Of a DNA stretch of 64,000 bases, positions 61,636 to 64,000 are shown piece after piece. Each line of letters starts with the position of its first letter. The first letter of the stretch is position 1. The notes under the pieces are model-generated. The model searched no databases, was not told where the DNA came from, and saw only the letters and a list, made by a program, of their open reading frames with translations. Both the position numbers and the translations under genes were made by a program. The stretch is from an uncultured delta proteobacterium (GTDB taxonomy: Bacteria > Myxococcota_A > Polyangia > Polyangiales > Polyangiaceae), in NCBI GenBank assembly GCA_963850305.1, contig CAWKKR010000008.1, forward strand, positions 96,001-160,000, written 5' to 3'.

Positions 61636-63207
61636 TCAACTTTCGCCGGGCTGTCCGCCCAGCGGACCGTCGCCAGGGCCGTCGGGGATCTGGTCGTCGG
61701 GGAGCAAGGAGACGATGCGAAACAAGTCGGCGCGCCGATCGAGGCGCGGCGTGACGGAACCCGTCGAACGGGCGCTGTGAAGCGTGTTCAGGTCCACGTC
61801 GCAGATGAGCACGGTCTCCTCGTTCGAATCGGCTTCGGCGGCGATGCCGTCGCGCGCGAACGCGAAGTCGGAGGGCGTGAGCACTGCCGCCTGTCCATAG
61901 TTGATGTCGAGGTTCCCGACGTCGGGCAGATTGCCGACGTTACCGGCGAGCGCGACGTACACCTGGTTTTCGACGGCGCGAGCCTGAGCGCAGTACCGCA
62001 CTCGCAAATACCCCTGGCGGTTGTCCGTGCAGAACGGGACGAAGATGATCTCCGCGCCGTGATCGGCGAGGTAACGCGCCGCCTCCGGGAACTCGATGTC
62101 ATAACAAATCAAGACACCGATCCGACCCTTCGGGGTGTCGATCGGCCGGAGCGAGTGGCCTCCGGAAATCCCCCACGAGTTGCGCTCGCTCGGCGTGATG
62201 TGAAGCTTCGGCTGTCCGACGATCTCCCCCGTGGGTAAGCAGACGAAGGTCATGTTGTAGAGCAGCTTGCCGTTCGCGACGGGATGGCTGCCCGCGATGA
62301 GAGTGAGCCCGTGGCGAACCGCGAGCTCGCGCATCAATCCGGAGAACCGCGACTCGTAGCCCGCAAGCCGACGAATGCCTTCGAGCGTCGAAAGAACGGG
62401 CTCCTGCGACAGGAGCTGCGCCGACACGAACTCGGGCAAGAGCACGAAGTCGGCCTTGTAATCCGCGGCGACGCCGACGAAGTACGTCACCTGACGCGCG
62501 AACTCCTCGAAGCTTGCCACGCGGCGCATCTGATATTGCACGCACGCGACCCGCACCTTGCGATCGCTCTCCGCCGGGCGCCGATATTCCGGGTTCAGCC
62601 ACTCGATGAGGGACGCGTGATTGTTGCTCGTCGGATCCTGGATGTAATGGGGCATCACGCCCCGCAGCGTGAACTCCTCGCGGAGCTGAAAGCTCAGGAC
62701 CTGGTCCGTGAGCTTGCCCGCGGCGACGCGCTCCGCGTACTCCTCCGGGGACATCCGCGCGGCATGCTCGCGATAGTTCAGGAGCCGCCCACCGGCGAGG
62801 ATGCGCCGCTTGTTGAGCCGCTTGCAGAGGCGCCTCCGCGCTTCGTAGAGCGCCGCGCCGACGCCGCGCCCGCGGTAGTCCGGGTCCACGTAAACGTCGG
62901 CTCCGTAGAGGGTATCGGCCTCGGGATCGTGATTGGTGAAATAGCCGCTGTCGGTGATCCCCGCCCACGTATGATGCCGCAGAGGATTCGGCCCCAGATC
63001 GACGATGAGCGTCGCGACCGCGCCGACGATCGCCTCGTCGAGCTCCGCCACGAGCTGGCCCTGCGGGAACACCAGCTGGTGGCTCTTCAGATGGCGCTCG
63101 CCCCAGACGACATCTTCGTTCGCCATGACGGGATACGCATCCCGGTTCATTCGAACGAGCCGCGGAACGTCGGCCCGAGTCGCTTCACGAACGCTGATGT
63201 CGCCCAT
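61636..63207 (-). CDS. Bifunctional GNAT acetyltransferase / carbon-nitrogen hydrolase (nitrilase family)
   Basis: VFPQGQ, LYGADVYVDPDYRGRGVG; catalytic E-K-C in LLPEF, QPKLHITP, ICYDIEFPE. Confidence 0.93.
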   Translation of the reverse strand: MGDISVREATRADVPRLVRMNRDAYPVMANEDVVWGERHLKSHQLVFPQGQLVAELDEAIVGAVATLIVDLGPNPLRHHTWAGITDSGYFTNHDPEADTLYGADVYVDPDYRGRGVGAALYEARRRLCKRLNKRRILAGGRLLNYREHAARMSPEEYAERVAAGKLTDQVLSFQLREEFTLRGVMPHYIQDPTSNNHASLIEWLNPEYRRPAESDRKVRVACVQYQMRRVASFEEFARQVTYFVGVAADYKADFVLLPEFVSAQLLSQEPVLSTLEGIRRLAGYESRFSGLMRELAVRHGLTLIAGSHPVANGKLLYNMTFVCLPTGEIVGQPKLHITPSERNSWGISGGHSLRPIDTPKGRIGVLICYDIEFPEAARYLADHGAEIIFVPFCTDNRQGYLRVRYCAQARAVENQVYVALAGNVGNLPDVGNLDINYGQAAVLTPSDFAFARDGIAAEADSNEETVLICDVDLNTLHSARSTGSVTPRLDRRADLFRIVSLLPDDQIPDGPGDGPLGGQPGES

Positions 63208-63314
63208 GCGCGCTACCGTAGCGCACGGCGCCTGTGCGAACGAGCACGCCGCCCGTCGCGGGGAGAAGAAAGTCGTGAGGGCGCGCCTTTACGACACGCC
63301 CTCACGAAGGAAAC

Positions 63315-64000
63315 TCACGGGACGCCCGCGTCGCCAGCCAGACCCTGGATCAAACACTGATTCGCGGCCGGCACGCACGCGGATGCCTGACCACCGCCGT
63401 TGACACAGCTGACGAGCTGCTGGAAGCACGCCGCACCCGGCGCGGATGGAACCTGCGGCAAGGTCGGTGTCGTACCCGGTGTGGGCGGCAGGCCGCTCGG
63501 CAGCGGTGGCAGACCGGTCGGAAGCGGAGGCAATCCGCTCGGGAGACCACTCGGCAGCGGTGGCAATCCGCTTGGCAGTGACGGCATGCCGCTCGGCAGT
63601 CCGCTGGGCAGTGACGGCAGTCCGCTCGGCAAGCCGCTCGGCAACGGAGGCAGGCCGCTCGGCAGTCCGTTGGGTAGCGGGGGCAAGCCGCTCGGCAGTG
63701 AGGGGAGCGCCGGCAAGCCACTCGGTAGAGCCGGCAGGCCGCTGGGCAGGCCGCTGGGCAGTGACGGCAGTCCGCTCGGCAAGCCGCTCGGCAGCGGAGG
63801 CAGGCCGCTCGGCAACGGGAATGGCAACATCGGAAGACCCGAGGGCATCGGGGGCAGCCCCGTCGGAAGCGGCGGAAGACCCGAGGGCAAGCCGCTCGGC
63901 AGCGCGGGCAAGCCGCTCGGCAGCGGAGGCAAGCCACTCGGTAAGCCACTCGGCAGTGACGGCAAACCGCTCGGCAAACCGCTCGGCAGTGACGGCAAGC
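63315..64000 (-). CDS. Partial Pro/Ser/Gly/Leu repeat protein with a small C-terminal 4-Cys domain
   Basis: LPSG and LPPLPSG tandem units; CFQQLVSC...AC...NQC; 5' end lies beyond the window. Confidence 0.7.
   Translation of the reverse strand, partial: LPSLPSGLPSGLPSLPSGLPSGLPPLPSGLPALPSGLPSGLPPLPTGLPPMPSGLPMLPFPLPSGLPPLPSGLPSGLPSLPSGLPSGLPALPSGLPALPSLPSGLPPLPNGLPSGLPPLPSGLPSGLPSLPSGLPSGMPSLPSGLPPLPSGLPSGLPPLPTGLPPLPSGLPPTPGTTPTLPQVPSAPGAACFQQLVSCVNGGGQASACVPAANQCLIQGLAGDAGVP

Overview
A GC-rich chromosomal window. Gene content (fibro-slime/PA14 protein, Gly/Cys-rich lipoproteins, an ECF sigma-FecR/TPR trio, ACIII-caa3 operon) points to a Polyangiaceae-like myxobacterium; this is inference from gene content only. 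Left to right: DUF2332 and FGE-family genes, a fibro-slime gene, alkA-ogt, an ECF sigma module, a GH3 beta-glucosidase, a ~21-bp-periodic non-coding tract next to an orphan gene, hydroxypyruvate reductase and glycerate kinase, emrAB, and two GT-C-like membrane genes. Next is an 8-gene cluster at 25.6-36.2 kb (GMC oxidoreductase plus small partner, GH3-type acyl-amido synthetase, inositol-3-phosphate synthase, BtrR/StsC-like aminotransferase, LPG-synthase-like membrane protein, inositol monophosphatase, MMPL exporter). It reads as a candidate pathway for an N-acyl aminocyclitol (inosamine) lipid and is the top novelty candidate. After it come an alternative complex III + A2-type caa3 oxidase operon and an IS481 element inserted in a 21-bp tandem array. 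A collagen-like gene with TPR, GT2-methyltransferase, two sulfotransferase-like and 2OG-Fe(II) hydroxylase genes is the second candidate (a collagen-decoration system). The window ends with a GNAT-nitrilase fusion and a partial Pro-rich repeat gene. Dense indels at about 27.8-34 kb and a few elsewhere look like sequencing errors, so gene boundaries there are approximate. No rRNA, tRNA or true CRISPR array was seen. All family calls come from motif recognition by eye; no database search was run.
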